A DNA stretch of 29,685 bases from Candidatus Micrarchaeota archaeon (GCA_964496415.1 CAZBZN010000007.1:5470-35154), one strand, 5' to 3'. Shown: positions 8,511 to 17,535, counted from the stretch's first letter. A program made the numbers and translations. The notes: a model not told the origin generated them from the sequence alone.

Positions 8511-9413
8511 ATGGACAAAGAATACGTGGAAGTACTTAGAAGACAGCATTACGCGGTTTTTGGAGAGCATGAGCACTCAGCTGCAAAACTATGCACTTGG
8601 CTTAAGAAGTCGCTTAAAAATCAAGGAGTGTGTTACAAGCAAAAATTTTACGGAATACGGTCTCATCGTTGTCTTCAGATGACTCCAAACATTTACTGTA
8701 ATCAAAGATGCGTGTTCTGCTGGAGGGTTTATGGTCCTTCTCCTGACAAGCTTCCAGTAGAATGGGACGAACCAAAGCAAATAGTAGAAGAGTCTTTCAA
8801 AGCACAGCAAAAGCTGTTATCTGGTTTTGGAGGAAACCCTTTAGTTGACAAGAAGAAGTTGAAAGAAGCCATGAACCCAAATCAGTTCGCCATATCTCTT
8901 ACAGGAGAGCCTACTCTTTACCCTTACTTAGATGAGCTCATAAAAGAGTACGGCAAGCATGGCACTACTTTCGTAGTCTCAAACGCGTTACTCCCAGAAG
9001 TCATTAGCAAGATAAATCCGACGCAGCTTTATCTTTCACTTGACGCTCCTGATGAAGAAACTCACTTGAAGATTAACAGGCCTGCATGGAGAGGTTCATG
9101 GCAAAGGATAAATGATTCACTTGAAATTCTATCAAGTAAGAAATGCAGGACAGCAATAAGAATAACTTTAGTGAAAGGCTTGAATGACTTCAACCCTGAA
9201 AAGTATGCTAAGCTTGTTGAAAAAGCAGAGCCTGACTTCTTAGAAGTTAAAGGATACATGTTCATAGGCGGAAGCAGGCAAAGACTAAGCATTCAGAACA
9301 TGCCCAGACATGAAGAAGTTAAAGCTTTCGCAGAACAAATAAATGCTTATCTTGGATATGAGTACGGCGGAGAACAACCAATAAGCAGAGTTGTAATGCT
9401 TAAGAAAAGGTGA
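8511..9413 (+). CDS. taw1: 4-demethylwyosine synthase (radical SAM tRNA-Phe modification enzyme)
   Basis: KLCTW, CYKQKFYGIRSHRCLQMTP, CNQRCVFCWR, AISLTGEPTLYP, EVKGYMFIGGSRQRL. Confidence 0.96.
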   Translation: MDKEYVEVLRRQHYAVFGEHEHSAAKLCTWLKKSLKNQGVCYKQKFYGIRSHRCLQMTPNIYCNQRCVFCWRVYGPSPDKLPVEWDEPKQIVEESFKAQQKLLSGFGGNPLVDKKKLKEAMNPNQFAISLTGEPTLYPYLDELIKEYGKHGTTFVVSNALLPEVISKINPTQLYLSLDAPDEETHLKINRPAWRGSWQRINDSLEILSSKKCRTAIRITLVKGLNDFNPEKYAKLVEKAEPDFLEVKGYMFIGGSRQRLSIQNMPRHEEVKAFAEQINAYLGYEYGGEQPISRVVMLKKR

Positions 9414-9419
9414 TAAGAA

Positions 9420-9629
9420 GTGAAACTGTTTGGAAAAATCTTCGGCAAGAAGAAAACAGAGCCACAGGAAAAACCAGAACCAGAAGAAGTTAAAGAAGAA
9501 TCTAAGCAGGTTTCGTCTAATGTGTGTGTTGCCTGCGGCGAGCCAGGAGCTGATAAAAAGTTCGCTGGCCAATGGTGGCATAAAAAATGCTTAAGGAAAG
9601 CACGCAAAATGGCTAAGAGCATGATCTGA
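9420..9629 (+). CDS. Small zinc-finger protein (CxxC-x14-HxxC, LIM-like half finger)
   Basis: CVAC...AGQWWHKKC; AGGTGA RBS at 9408-9413 overlapping the taw1 stop; T-run after the stop. Confidence 0.75.
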   Translation: MKLFGKIFGKKKTEPQEKPEPEEVKEESKQVSSNVCVACGEPGADKKFAGQWWHKKCLRKARKMAKSMI

Positions 9630-9633
9630 TTTT

Positions 9634-10194
9634 TTATTCTTCCTTAAATATTTGTCCTTCGAACCTGTAGAAAGTGACGTTTGGGTCAAGCCACATTCCA
9701 GGGTCAAGGCCTGCTTTCCAGCACGTCTGCGCTAGGAATGTTTCAGCATCCCATCCTTCTTCCACTGCTACCTGCGGGAGTAATAATCCACTGAATGGCC
9801 CGTACTCTGCTATCAAGCCATGTTTTCCTATTTTCACGTGTTTTACAAGTTCTTTTCCATGAGCATTGATTTTTTCAGGAACTGTCAACACTGTGACTTC
9901 TATTTTTATGTCTTTTAGTTCTTCTTCACGTAAGCTTGGAAAACGAGGGTCTTGGAAAGCTGCTGCGACTGCTGCTCTTTTTGTAGCTTCTGCTAACGGA
10001 AGCATTGGGTAAGGGTATCCTATGCATCCTCTTAGTTCTCCTTTCTTGTATAAGGTTACGAACACCCCTCTTTTTTGATTTAGTTTTTCAGGTATTTCTT
10101 TAACTTGTTCTGGTTTTTTCCCAAGTTTTTCAAGAATAGCGTTTTTAGCAAGTTTTATTAAAATTTTCCCTTCTTTTTCATTAAGTAAGTCCAT
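9634..10194 (-). CDS. AMMECR1-domain protein (AmmeMemoRadiSam protein A-like)
   Basis: GVFVTL, LRGCIG, DPRF, GLLLPQV, CWKAG. Confidence 0.93.
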   Translation of the reverse strand: MDLLNEKEGKILIKLAKNAILEKLGKKPEQVKEIPEKLNQKRGVFVTLYKKGELRGCIGYPYPMLPLAEATKRAAVAAAFQDPRFPSLREEELKDIKIEVTVLTVPEKINAHGKELVKHVKIGKHGLIAEYGPFSGLLLPQVAVEEGWDAETFLAQTCWKAGLDPGMWLDPNVTFYRFEGQIFKEE

Positions 10195-10302
10195 GTTTAC
10201 ATGTATGTTTTTTGACTATTTAAAACTTTTAACCAGTCTTGCTTTTTTGAAACCAATAATAGTTTCGAAAACTCTTTAATCCTGTTCATTCATTTTTCTT
10301 TT

Positions 10303-12888
10303 ATGTTCCAATGGCTCACTTTATTATTAATTTTAGCTTCAGCTTCACTGCCTCCAATTCCTTCATCAGATCCAATTACTGTTATTAGTTATGCTGTAAA
10401 GGCAAGCAGTGAACTTCAAAAACTTCACACTCCTCCAGATGTCTATTATTATTCTGAGAAATACTGCTCTAATCTTAGCAAGCCTTATGTAGTAAATGCT
10501 TGGCTTCAAGCTGAAAAAACAAAATCAAAAGCAAAAGAACTGAGATTATCTGCTTCAAGGGTGATTGTTTACCTGACTGCAAAGGTTTCAGTCGGCTATG
10601 ACTTTTTAATAGAGGATTATTATGAAGCTGGTGAAGAGTATAAGAAGACAATCAGTTCAGCAGGTGCTGTTCTTGAATCTTTTAGAAAAGAGCTTTCTAA
10701 AGAAGTTTTTTTACTTGACTTGCTTGGCGCTGACATTAACCCATCTTCAAGACAAGTGTTTGAGGAAGGAGTCAAGGCTTTAAAAGCATTCAGCAAACCA
10801 ACTGGAAGTTGTGACGACTCTTTTTCAGGAAAGATTTCATGCGTGCTCTTAAAAGCAAAAAATCAAAAGTATTTTCAAAAAATAAGCTTTTATAATTCAG
10901 TAGTTTCACCTGATAATTCTTCCCTGTTATTTTACTTTTACTTGTTTAGGAAGAATGTTAGTAAAGTTGAGAATGATTTAAAAGAGCAGTATTTTGGTTT
11001 AGTTAAAGAGTATTCTAAGAAGTTTGCTGACTTGAAAGCTTTGGTTAAAAGAGTAAAACAAGACAAGCTTGTCAGGATAATTGAAGAAGACTCTGGTGAT
11101 GAGGTTGTTGCTTCTAAGCCTTACTCTCTGCAAGAGTTATTTAAAGAAGTTTCTGAACAGATTTCATCAGCAGAGTTTGAAAAGAAAAAAGCAGAGAGTT
11201 TTTTCACTTCACATGAAGACAATTTCCTCTATAACGCAATAATTCATTATAAGAAAGCAGTTTGTCATCTTGATACTGTTTTTTCTAAGATAAATGAGAG
11301 TTATAAGAGAGCTGAGCTTGTCTTAAAATCAAAGAAAGAAAAAGCAAGATCCTTGCTTGATTCAGCGTGCAGTGGCTCCTTTTATTTAAAAGGAAAAGAG
11401 TTGTTTGAAAAAGCAGCAAGAGAGCAAAGCTTTTATCAAGCATTTTTAGATTATCTTGGTTCTATAAGATATTTAAGGCTTTCATGCAGTGGTTTTGAAG
11501 AGAAAAAACAGTATGCTTTAACCTTGGCTTCACAGCTTAACTTGTTAGGAGTAAATGTATTCAATGAACAACAAGGGTTAAATGAGGTTTCACCTAGCAA
11601 GCTTTCTCAGATTATTTATTCGCTTGAAATGAAAGCAGAACCTTTCCTTAAGAAGATTGAAGAATTGAAGCTTTTCTTACTTCAAAACGAGGAGTTAGTT
11701 GATGATGAGGATGCTGGGTTTTTAAGAAACACTGAAGTTCTTCCTTATGTTGCTGATGAGTATTTCAAAGCAATTGCTCTTTATGAAAAAGTAAGCACTT
11801 TGCTTGAAAAGTCAAAAACCAAAGCAGCTAAGAATGTGAGGGTTTTTTATTCTGTTCATTTTGGCAATGTTGAATGTAATTCCATTTATCATGGAGTTCT
11901 TAGTTTATTTGCTTATAATCAAAACCAATTCAATGTTTCTGGTTTTAGGTTTCATGCTCCTGAAGGGCTTATAATTGAAAACACTACAGGGGATTTTGTT
12001 AAACTGTCCTTACTTCCATTTGAAGAAAAGACAATTAAACTTAAGGTGGTTGGTGTTCCTCTTGAATGCAGTTATTCTAAGGATATGATTAAAGTATCTT
12101 CACATTATTGTTTTAGTCAAGGAGTTGTTCCTATAAGAAAGCCATCTAATTCTTCACTGCTTTTCTTAGAAGAACCATTTACAGTCAGGAAAAATACCAC
12201 TCATTTTCTTGTTGAAGTTCCTTGCCTTAATTTTTCACTTCATTATCACTTTATTAATTCCTCTACAAAAACAAATAACACTTTTTTCGTTCCAATAATC
12301 AATCATACTCCTGTTTTTGAAAGTTATGATCAGTTAAAGCAGGATTTTGAAATTAAAGAAAACAATACGCCAATGTATGATTCTTATGATAATGTTAATG
12401 AAAGCAAAGTTGACTTGACTTCTTTTACTGTTCTGCCACCAAAGAAAGCTTATGATCGTGACCTGTCAGGCCTTCTTGACAGAACATTTTACCATGACAT
12501 TAATGACTCTTTTTTTGATTACTTTGACTCACGGTATGAGTATTACAAGTCAATTATTAAAGAGCCGGATTCTTCAAAAGAGATTATTAAAGCAGTGAAT
12601 GACCTTTGTGAAACTGCTTTAGAGAAGCTAACTTCAGCAGCAGAACATGTTAAAACACAAGGAATTTCTTCAGAGTTTTTATCAAAAGCTCAAAAGGCTT
12701 ATGATGCAGGTCATTGCGTTCTTTCAATTTATTATTCTAACAAGGTCTTGGTTCAAAAGAAAGAGAATCTTTTTAAGTACCTTGTCTTGCTTCCGCTTTT
12801 TACTTTTTTGTTTATTTCCTTGAGAAAGCCAAAACAGAATAATGTGAGAATTGCTAAAAGAGTGCGGAGGTTTCATTTTTCAAAGTAA
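10303..12888 (+). CDS. Large secreted, C-terminally anchored hypothetical surface protein (861 aa)
   Basis: N-terminal hydrophobic signal (MFQWLTLLLILASAS), C-terminal TM (YLVLLPLFTFLFISL) plus basic tail, about 15 N-x-S/T sequons. Confidence 0.75.
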   Translation: MFQWLTLLLILASASLPPIPSSDPITVISYAVKASSELQKLHTPPDVYYYSEKYCSNLSKPYVVNAWLQAEKTKSKAKELRLSASRVIVYLTAKVSVGYDFLIEDYYEAGEEYKKTISSAGAVLESFRKELSKEVFLLDLLGADINPSSRQVFEEGVKALKAFSKPTGSCDDSFSGKISCVLLKAKNQKYFQKISFYNSVVSPDNSSLLFYFYLFRKNVSKVENDLKEQYFGLVKEYSKKFADLKALVKRVKQDKLVRIIEEDSGDEVVASKPYSLQELFKEVSEQISSAEFEKKKAESFFTSHEDNFLYNAIIHYKKAVCHLDTVFSKINESYKRAELVLKSKKEKARSLLDSACSGSFYLKGKELFEKAAREQSFYQAFLDYLGSIRYLRLSCSGFEEKKQYALTLASQLNLLGVNVFNEQQGLNEVSPSKLSQIIYSLEMKAEPFLKKIEELKLFLLQNEELVDDEDAGFLRNTEVLPYVADEYFKAIALYEKVSTLLEKSKTKAAKNVRVFYSVHFGNVECNSIYHGVLSLFAYNQNQFNVSGFRFHAPEGLIIENTTGDFVKLSLLPFEEKTIKLKVVGVPLECSYSKDMIKVSSHYCFSQGVVPIRKPSNSSLLFLEEPFTVRKNTTHFLVEVPCLNFSLHYHFINSSTKTNNTFFVPIINHTPVFESYDQLKQDFEIKENNTPMYDSYDNVNESKVDLTSFTVLPPKKAYDRDLSGLLDRTFYHDINDSFFDYFDSRYEYYKSIIKEPDSSKEIIKAVNDLCETALEKLTSAAEHVKTQGISSEFLSKAQKAYDAGHCVLSIYYSNKVLVQKKENLFKYLVLLPLFTFLFISLRKPKQNNVRIAKRVRRFHFSK

Positions 12889-13385
12889 CCTGAAAAGTCC
12901 ACTTCATCCCCTTTTGACAAGCCGTAAAGGATTTTTACTGCTTCTTCAAGTGTTTCTGAAGGCTTTCTATTTGTGGTATCAATTTCAAAGACTGCTTTAT
13001 AATTTTCTTTTGCTTTTATAGTGCAGTAGTCCAAGGCTTCTGCTTCAACGTTTTCTTTTATTTTTTTCTGAGAATACTTTCTTTTTTTCAAGCGTTTTTT
13101 CAGTTCTTCAGGATGGCACCTTAACACAATCACAAAAGAGTTTCTTAACTTGAACTCGCATGCAAGATGCCCTTCAATTATCCCTGTTTCTTTGTTAAGC
13201 ATGTTTCTTAATTCTTTCATTTTTGGAATTATTGTTCCGTCTTTTTCAACTTTTTCAATGAGCTTGTGTTTTTTTATGTAATCTGTTATATGAATTACTT
13301 TTGTCATGAATTTTTTTCCAAGAGCATTGGCTAAGGTTGTTTTTCCCGTTCCTGGAACGCCTGTGATTATTATCTTTTCATACAT
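12873..13385 (-). CDS. AK6/Fap7-type adenylate kinase/ATPase
   Basis: P-loop GVPGTGKTT, IIEGH, VLRCHPEELKKRL...Y...KIKENVEAE. Confidence 0.9.
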   Translation of the reverse strand: MYEKIIITGVPGTGKTTLANALGKKFMTKVIHITDYIKKHKLIEKVEKDGTIIPKMKELRNMLNKETGIIEGHLACEFKLRNSFVIVLRCHPEELKKRLKKRKYSQKKIKENVEAEALDYCTIKAKENYKAVFEIDTTNRKPSETLEEAVKILYGLSKGDEVDFSGYFEK

Positions 13386-13487
13386 GGGTTATGTTAGTCA
13401 GTTTTCCTTTAAAACTGTTTGCTAAAAAGTTGCTAAGGTTGAGAAGTTTTTTATAGCATTAAGGAGATAAAACTAATAATAATTTTA

Positions 13488-13495
13488 AAGGAGGT
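13488..13495 (+). promoter_or_regulatory. Shine-Dalgarno site AAGGAGGT for the 13501 ORF
   Basis: Perfect SD 5 nt upstream of ATG 13501. Confidence 0.8.
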
Positions 13496-13500
13496 TTTTT

Positions 13501-13641
13501 ATGGCTGAGTTTAGACCTACTTGCAGGCAATGTTTTCTTGAAAGAGGTCAGACAATATTGCTTGAGAAAGTAAACGGGGAGTGGGTGTGTCCAGTAAACC
13601 CAAAGCACAAGACAAAGTTTGATGACGTGCAAATAGCGTGA
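13501..13641 (+). CDS. Small Zn-ribbon-like protein, 46 aa (missing from the ORF track)
   Basis: My translation: MAEFRPTCRQCFLERGQTILLEKVNGEWVCPVNPKHKTKFDDVQIA*. CxxC...CPxxxxH, strong SD, GTGA overlap with the next ORF. Confidence 0.85.
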   Translation: MAEFRPTCRQCFLERGQTILLEKVNGEWVCPVNPKHKTKFDDVQIA

Positions 13642-14099
13642 CTGGTTTTATGTTTAAGAAGATGAATAATAGAGAAGTGAAATTATTTTTGAGTTTAGTT
13701 TTTCAGGAAGCAGAAGAAGCTTTAAAAGGAGAGTTACTTTTTTTGTTTAATAAAGGAAAAATAAGTGAAAGAGTCCTAGCTGAGTATTTCCCAGTTCAGT
13801 ATTCTGAAGCAAAGGCTTATTTAGGAAAGAAAAGGCTTTTTGACAAAAATAATTACTTGCTTTGTTACGCACTTGATCAGGGTTGTAAGCTTTGTAAGAT
13901 AAATAGTTTTAAGGCAGAGACTTTTGCAGGCAAGACAGTAAAAAAGCTTTATGTTTCCTGTGATGTTGGTACTGTTGAAGTACAAGCAGGAGAATTGCTT
14001 GGCCCAGTAAATTTAGGTGATGTTGTGTTGGTAAAGGGGGATACTGCTGTTTTTAAACTTTCTCAAAAGGAGATAACCCAACTTAATAAGGTTCTTTAA
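13638..14099 (+). CDS. Hypothetical protein with a C-terminal HypC-like OB-fold segment
   Basis: LLGPVNLGDVVLVKGDTAVFKLSQKE resembles HypC LLxxVKVGDYVLVHxGxAIxKIDEEE; adjacent to the hydrogenase genes. Confidence 0.55.
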   Translation: MTGFMFKKMNNREVKLFLSLVFQEAEEALKGELLFLFNKGKISERVLAEYFPVQYSEAKAYLGKKRLFDKNNYLLCYALDQGCKLCKINSFKAETFAGKTVKKLYVSCDVGTVEVQAGELLGPVNLGDVVLVKGDTAVFKLSQKEITQLNKVL

Positions 14100-14418
14100 G
14101 CCCTTCTGCTAAGAAAAGATTTTTCATTTTTTCTCCGAAATCAATACCAAACATTTCACTGCATTCTCTTTCATACAAGTCGCAGTTTTCAATTAATGAC
14201 TTGAATCTTTTCGCTTTTTTCCCATCCAGTTTTACTACGTAGTTTATTATTTTTCCTTTTTCTTTTTCATCAAAATGATAAATCATATAATACTGGTTGT
14301 TTATTTTTTCACAAGTGATTGTTATCAGCCTTGAGCCTTTTGCTTTTTCTTTTTTTAATATACTTTCAAGCTTTTCTAAGCTTATCTCAATATTTTTTGC
14401 TTTATGTTTTACCTTCAT
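14083..14418 (-). CDS. Hydrogenase subunit, NuoC/EchD/MbhK-like (complex I 30 kDa family)
   Basis: RLITITC, IYHFD, YERECSEMFGIDF, LFL. Confidence 0.85.
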   Translation of the reverse strand: MKVKHKAKNIEISLEKLESILKKEKAKGSRLITITCEKINNQYYMIYHFDEKEKGKIINYVVKLDGKKAKRFKSLIENCDLYERECSEMFGIDFGEKMKNLFLAEGLKEPY

Positions 14419-14450
14419 GCTAAAATATTAGTTTTCTTTCTTATAAAAGC

Positions 14451-14918
14451 ATGATTGTTTTTTTAGGAATAGGTAATGAATTAAGAAGAGATGACTCTTT
14501 TGGTTTAGAGTTATTAAAAGATCTTGAAAAGATACTGAAGGGTAAGAAGTTTAAGTTTGTAAGTTGTGGTACTGTTCCTTTTTCTTATTTAAGCAAGCTT
14601 CCTAAATCCCCTAAAGCGTTATTTATTTTGGATACTGTTATCAATGAAGAATTAAGTCCAGGGTCTTTGATAATAAAAGAACTTAAACAGGAATCTGAGT
14701 TAAGTGGTTTTGTTTCAAGTCACAAGCTCCCCTTTTCTTTGTTATTCAAGTTTGTTAACCCTGAAAGAACATTCCTTGTGGGATTTGTTCCAAAGGACTT
14801 TGGCTATGGAACAGGTCTTTCTTCTGAAGCATGCGAAGCCAAAAAAAGAGCAGTAAAAGAAATTAAGATTATTCTTAAGAGTTTAAAGTGCTGGGATGAA
14901 TCCAGCAGCTGCTTCTGA
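14451..14918 (+). CDS. hycI: Hydrogenase maturation endopeptidase (HycI family)
   Basis: LGIGNELRRDDSFG, CGTVP, ILD, SSHKLP, FGYGTGLS. Confidence 0.9.
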   Translation: MIVFLGIGNELRRDDSFGLELLKDLEKILKGKKFKFVSCGTVPFSYLSKLPKSPKALFILDTVINEELSPGSLIIKELKQESELSGFVSSHKLPFSLLFKFVNPERTFLVGFVPKDFGYGTGLSSEACEAKKRAVKEIKIILKSLKCWDESSSCF

Positions 14919-16175
14919 AAATTTAAATAACGCTGATGGGAATATTCCAAAAATCAATACTAATACTGTGAGGAACAATACTGGTAGGAGTTTTTTCCAA
15001 GAGTACTTTTTGATAATCTTTTTACTTTTTCCTTTTGAGAAGAAAAGGAAGTAAATTATCCTTAAGTAAAAGATCATTGCAAGTAAGTAAGAAGCAAGCA
15101 TTACTGCTACTGGTATTATTTTCCCAGAATCAAGTACAGATACTATTATAGCTACTTCTGACACGAAACAATTTGTTGGCGGTATTCCAGCAACGGCTAG
15201 TACGCTTATTAAAAAACAAGCGCCTGCAATATTCCTAGCGTAGCCTTTTAGTTTACGTAAGTCAGTAAAGCTTGTTCTTGTTGTTATTAGTCCTAATGAG
15301 AGGAACATGAGGGTCTTAGCTATTCCGTGGTTAAACATGTGAAGTAATGCTGGTGCTTGGCTTATTGCAGCGCTTATTCCAAGAGTTATGTAACCAACGT
15401 GGATTATTGAAGAATATGCAATGAGTTTTCTTATATCCCATTCAGTTAATCCTCTTATTCCAGCGTAGAGCATTGAAGCAGCTGCAAGGACTAACAGCAA
15501 TGGCCTTGCTTGTATAAAGTTTGCATATTTGAATATTCCGAAAAACCCAAGATTTATTATTATGCCTGAGAAAACAGCTGCTGTTGGGATTGATGAAGAA
15601 GAGTAAACGTCAGGAAGCCACACGTGAAATGGGAATAAAGCACTCTTTACTATTAACCCCATCAGTATTAATATTGCAATAAGTAAGGGAGTAGTACTTG
15701 TTGGATTTAAGGAACTAGTATAAGAGAAGTTTAAAGCTATCCCAGTCATGGTTAGCGTTGAACCAAGAAGATTTATTATTAAGTATTTTTCAGCAGCTTT
15801 CAGACTTTCTTTGGTTGCATTATAAACAGCAATACTTGAACTAATTATGATTGTCTCAAACAATACGTAAAATAAGAAAAAGTTCTCTGAAAATGAAAGT
15901 AAGAAGCATGAAAAGATTATTGTTTCATAAAGCACTAGTTTTTCCCAGCTTTCTTTTGAGTAAACGATTAAAGGCAATGAACTGAGAAGGCAAAAGGCTA
16001 TTAAAAAAGCTGATAATGCGTCCAAGTAATGAGAAGCAGGGTCATGAGTCAATGAAAGTATCCCAGTGACTAATAATGCTGTTAGAATCACTGCTTTTGA
16101 AAGCTGCTTATTTTTTCTAACAAAAAAACTTACCAAGATGCTTGTAGTGAATATTAGTAAAAGGTTTTCGATCAT
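14883..16175 (-). CDS. Antiporter-like membrane subunit (NuoN/NuoM/MrpD family)
   Basis: FE, AAEKY, KSALFPFHVWLPDVY, KLIAYSSIIHVGY, HMFNHGIAK, GIPP, FVSE. Start re-assigned to ATG 16175. Confidence 0.9.
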   Translation of the reverse strand: MIENLLLIFTTSILVSFFVRKNKQLSKAVILTALLVTGILSLTHDPASHYLDALSAFLIAFCLLSSLPLIVYSKESWEKLVLYETIIFSCFLLSFSENFFLFYVLFETIIISSSIAVYNATKESLKAAEKYLIINLLGSTLTMTGIALNFSYTSSLNPTSTTPLLIAILILMGLIVKSALFPFHVWLPDVYSSSSIPTAAVFSGIIINLGFFGIFKYANFIQARPLLLVLAAASMLYAGIRGLTEWDIRKLIAYSSIIHVGYITLGISAAISQAPALLHMFNHGIAKTLMFLSLGLITTRTSFTDLRKLKGYARNIAGACFLISVLAVAGIPPTNCFVSEVAIIVSVLDSGKIIPVAVMLASYLLAMIFYLRIIYFLFFSKGKSKKIIKKYSWKKLLPVLFLTVLVLIFGIFPSALFKFSEAAAGFIPAL

Positions 16176-16176
16176 T

Positions 16177-17535
16177 TTACCACACCATAAGAATGTTTGG
16201 ATAAACACCTACGATGATTATTAGTCCTGTTAAGATTATTAACGTTGTAAGCATCTCGTTCCTTATTTTTTTGAATTTTGTTTTTCCAGAAGCAAAGAAC
16301 ATTGAATGAGCAAACCACAAACAGTAACCTAAAGTAAGAAGACTTCCGAAGATTAGTAACAAGTCAGCAGCTAAATAATTCAATCCTCCTAAGAAGATGA
16401 GTACTTCGCTTTGGAAAGCAGCAAAGAAAGGAGTGCCTGCAAGGCTTAAGATACTTGCAAAGAAGGCAATGGTGAGTATTGGGTTTTTTCTATATAGTCC
16501 TTTTATTTCATCAATCTTCTTGGTTCCAGTAGCATAAATTATTACTCCTGCAACTAAAAATAGCAGGCTTTTTGTTAGAGCTTGTGTTACTAAGTGAAAT
16601 CCCGCTCCTTTGAGAGCGTAAAGGGTTAGTGCTCCTGCTCCAAAAACTATCATTCCTCCTTGGCTTACAGTACTCCATGCTATTGCTTTCTTTAAATGAG
16701 TTTGTCTGAATACCATTAGTGCTCCTAAATACAGGCTTATCAAAGCGATTATTATTAATGTTGTTGAATAGGTTTTCATAACTTCTGGGAATAATGAAGA
16801 TACTCTTAACAAGGCATAGCCTCCTACGTTTACCATTAGCCCGCTTAGCATTGCTGATATTGGTGTTGGAGCAACAGAGTGAGTGTCAGGAAGCCAGTCA
16901 TGAAATGGAAACACTCCTTGTTTTATCAGGAAAGAAATCATCAAAGGCAGGAATACTATTGCTGGAGCTGTTTTTGCCTCTAGCAAGTTAAAAGAGTCAG
17001 TGGAAGCATGGAACAAACCAATTCCAAGAAGTAAAGAAGTAGAAGCAACAGCCATGTAAATAAAGTATTTCAAACCAATTTCTCTTGCTTTTTCTTCACC
17101 CCATTCAACTACCAAGAAGTAAGAGGCTACAAGCATCACGTCCCAAAACAGGTAAAAAGTGATTAAATTAACTGATAAAACTACTCCTATCATGCTTACT
17201 GTGAATAATCCTGTTAAAAAATAATAAAGCTGTTTGTTTTTTTGTTCCTGTAAGTAAGCTTTTGAATAGTAAATGCTTATTCCAGAAACCAGTAAAATCA
17301 TTGCTAAGAAAGGATAACTAAGCCAGTCAACTAAGAAAGCAAGGTTAAGACCAAAATCAGGAGCCCATTCTATAGTTTCTATAATGGGTTTGCTGGGATA
17401 ATGGAGAACTAAGATTAATAAACTTAAAAGCATACTTGCTGAGAGTATTAAGTGAAGATTTTTCTTAATCCTTTTTTCTTTTATCAAACAAAGTATGCTT
17501 GCAAGCAAAGGAATAATTATTACAAGCCAGAGCAT
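16177..17535 (-). CDS. Antiporter-like membrane subunit, NuoM-like
   Basis: IEWAPDFGLNLAFLVDWLS, FYLFWD, KYFIY, KQGVFPFHDWLPDTHSVAPTP, FQSE. Confidence 0.9.
   Translation of the reverse strand: MLWLVIIIPLLASILCLIKEKRIKKNLHLILSASMLLSLLILVLHYPSKPIIETIEWAPDFGLNLAFLVDWLSYPFLAMILLVSGISIYYSKAYLQEQKNKQLYYFLTGLFTVSMIGVVLSVNLITFYLFWDVMLVASYFLVVEWGEEKAREIGLKYFIYMAVASTSLLLGIGLFHASTDSFNLLEAKTAPAIVFLPLMISFLIKQGVFPFHDWLPDTHSVAPTPISAMLSGLMVNVGGYALLRVSSLFPEVMKTYSTTLIIIALISLYLGALMVFRQTHLKKAIAWSTVSQGGMIVFGAGALTLYALKGAGFHLVTQALTKSLLFLVAGVIIYATGTKKIDEIKGLYRKNPILTIAFFASILSLAGTPFFAAFQSEVLIFLGGLNYLAADLLLIFGSLLTLGYCLWFAHSMFFASGKTKFKKIRNEMLTTLIILTGLIIIVGVYPNILMVW

Noticed and set aside
8511..10194. AmmeMemoRadiSam three-gene system (AMMECR1 beside a radical SAM gene)
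   Set aside because: The neighbouring radical SAM is clearly Taw1 and no Memo gene is in the window
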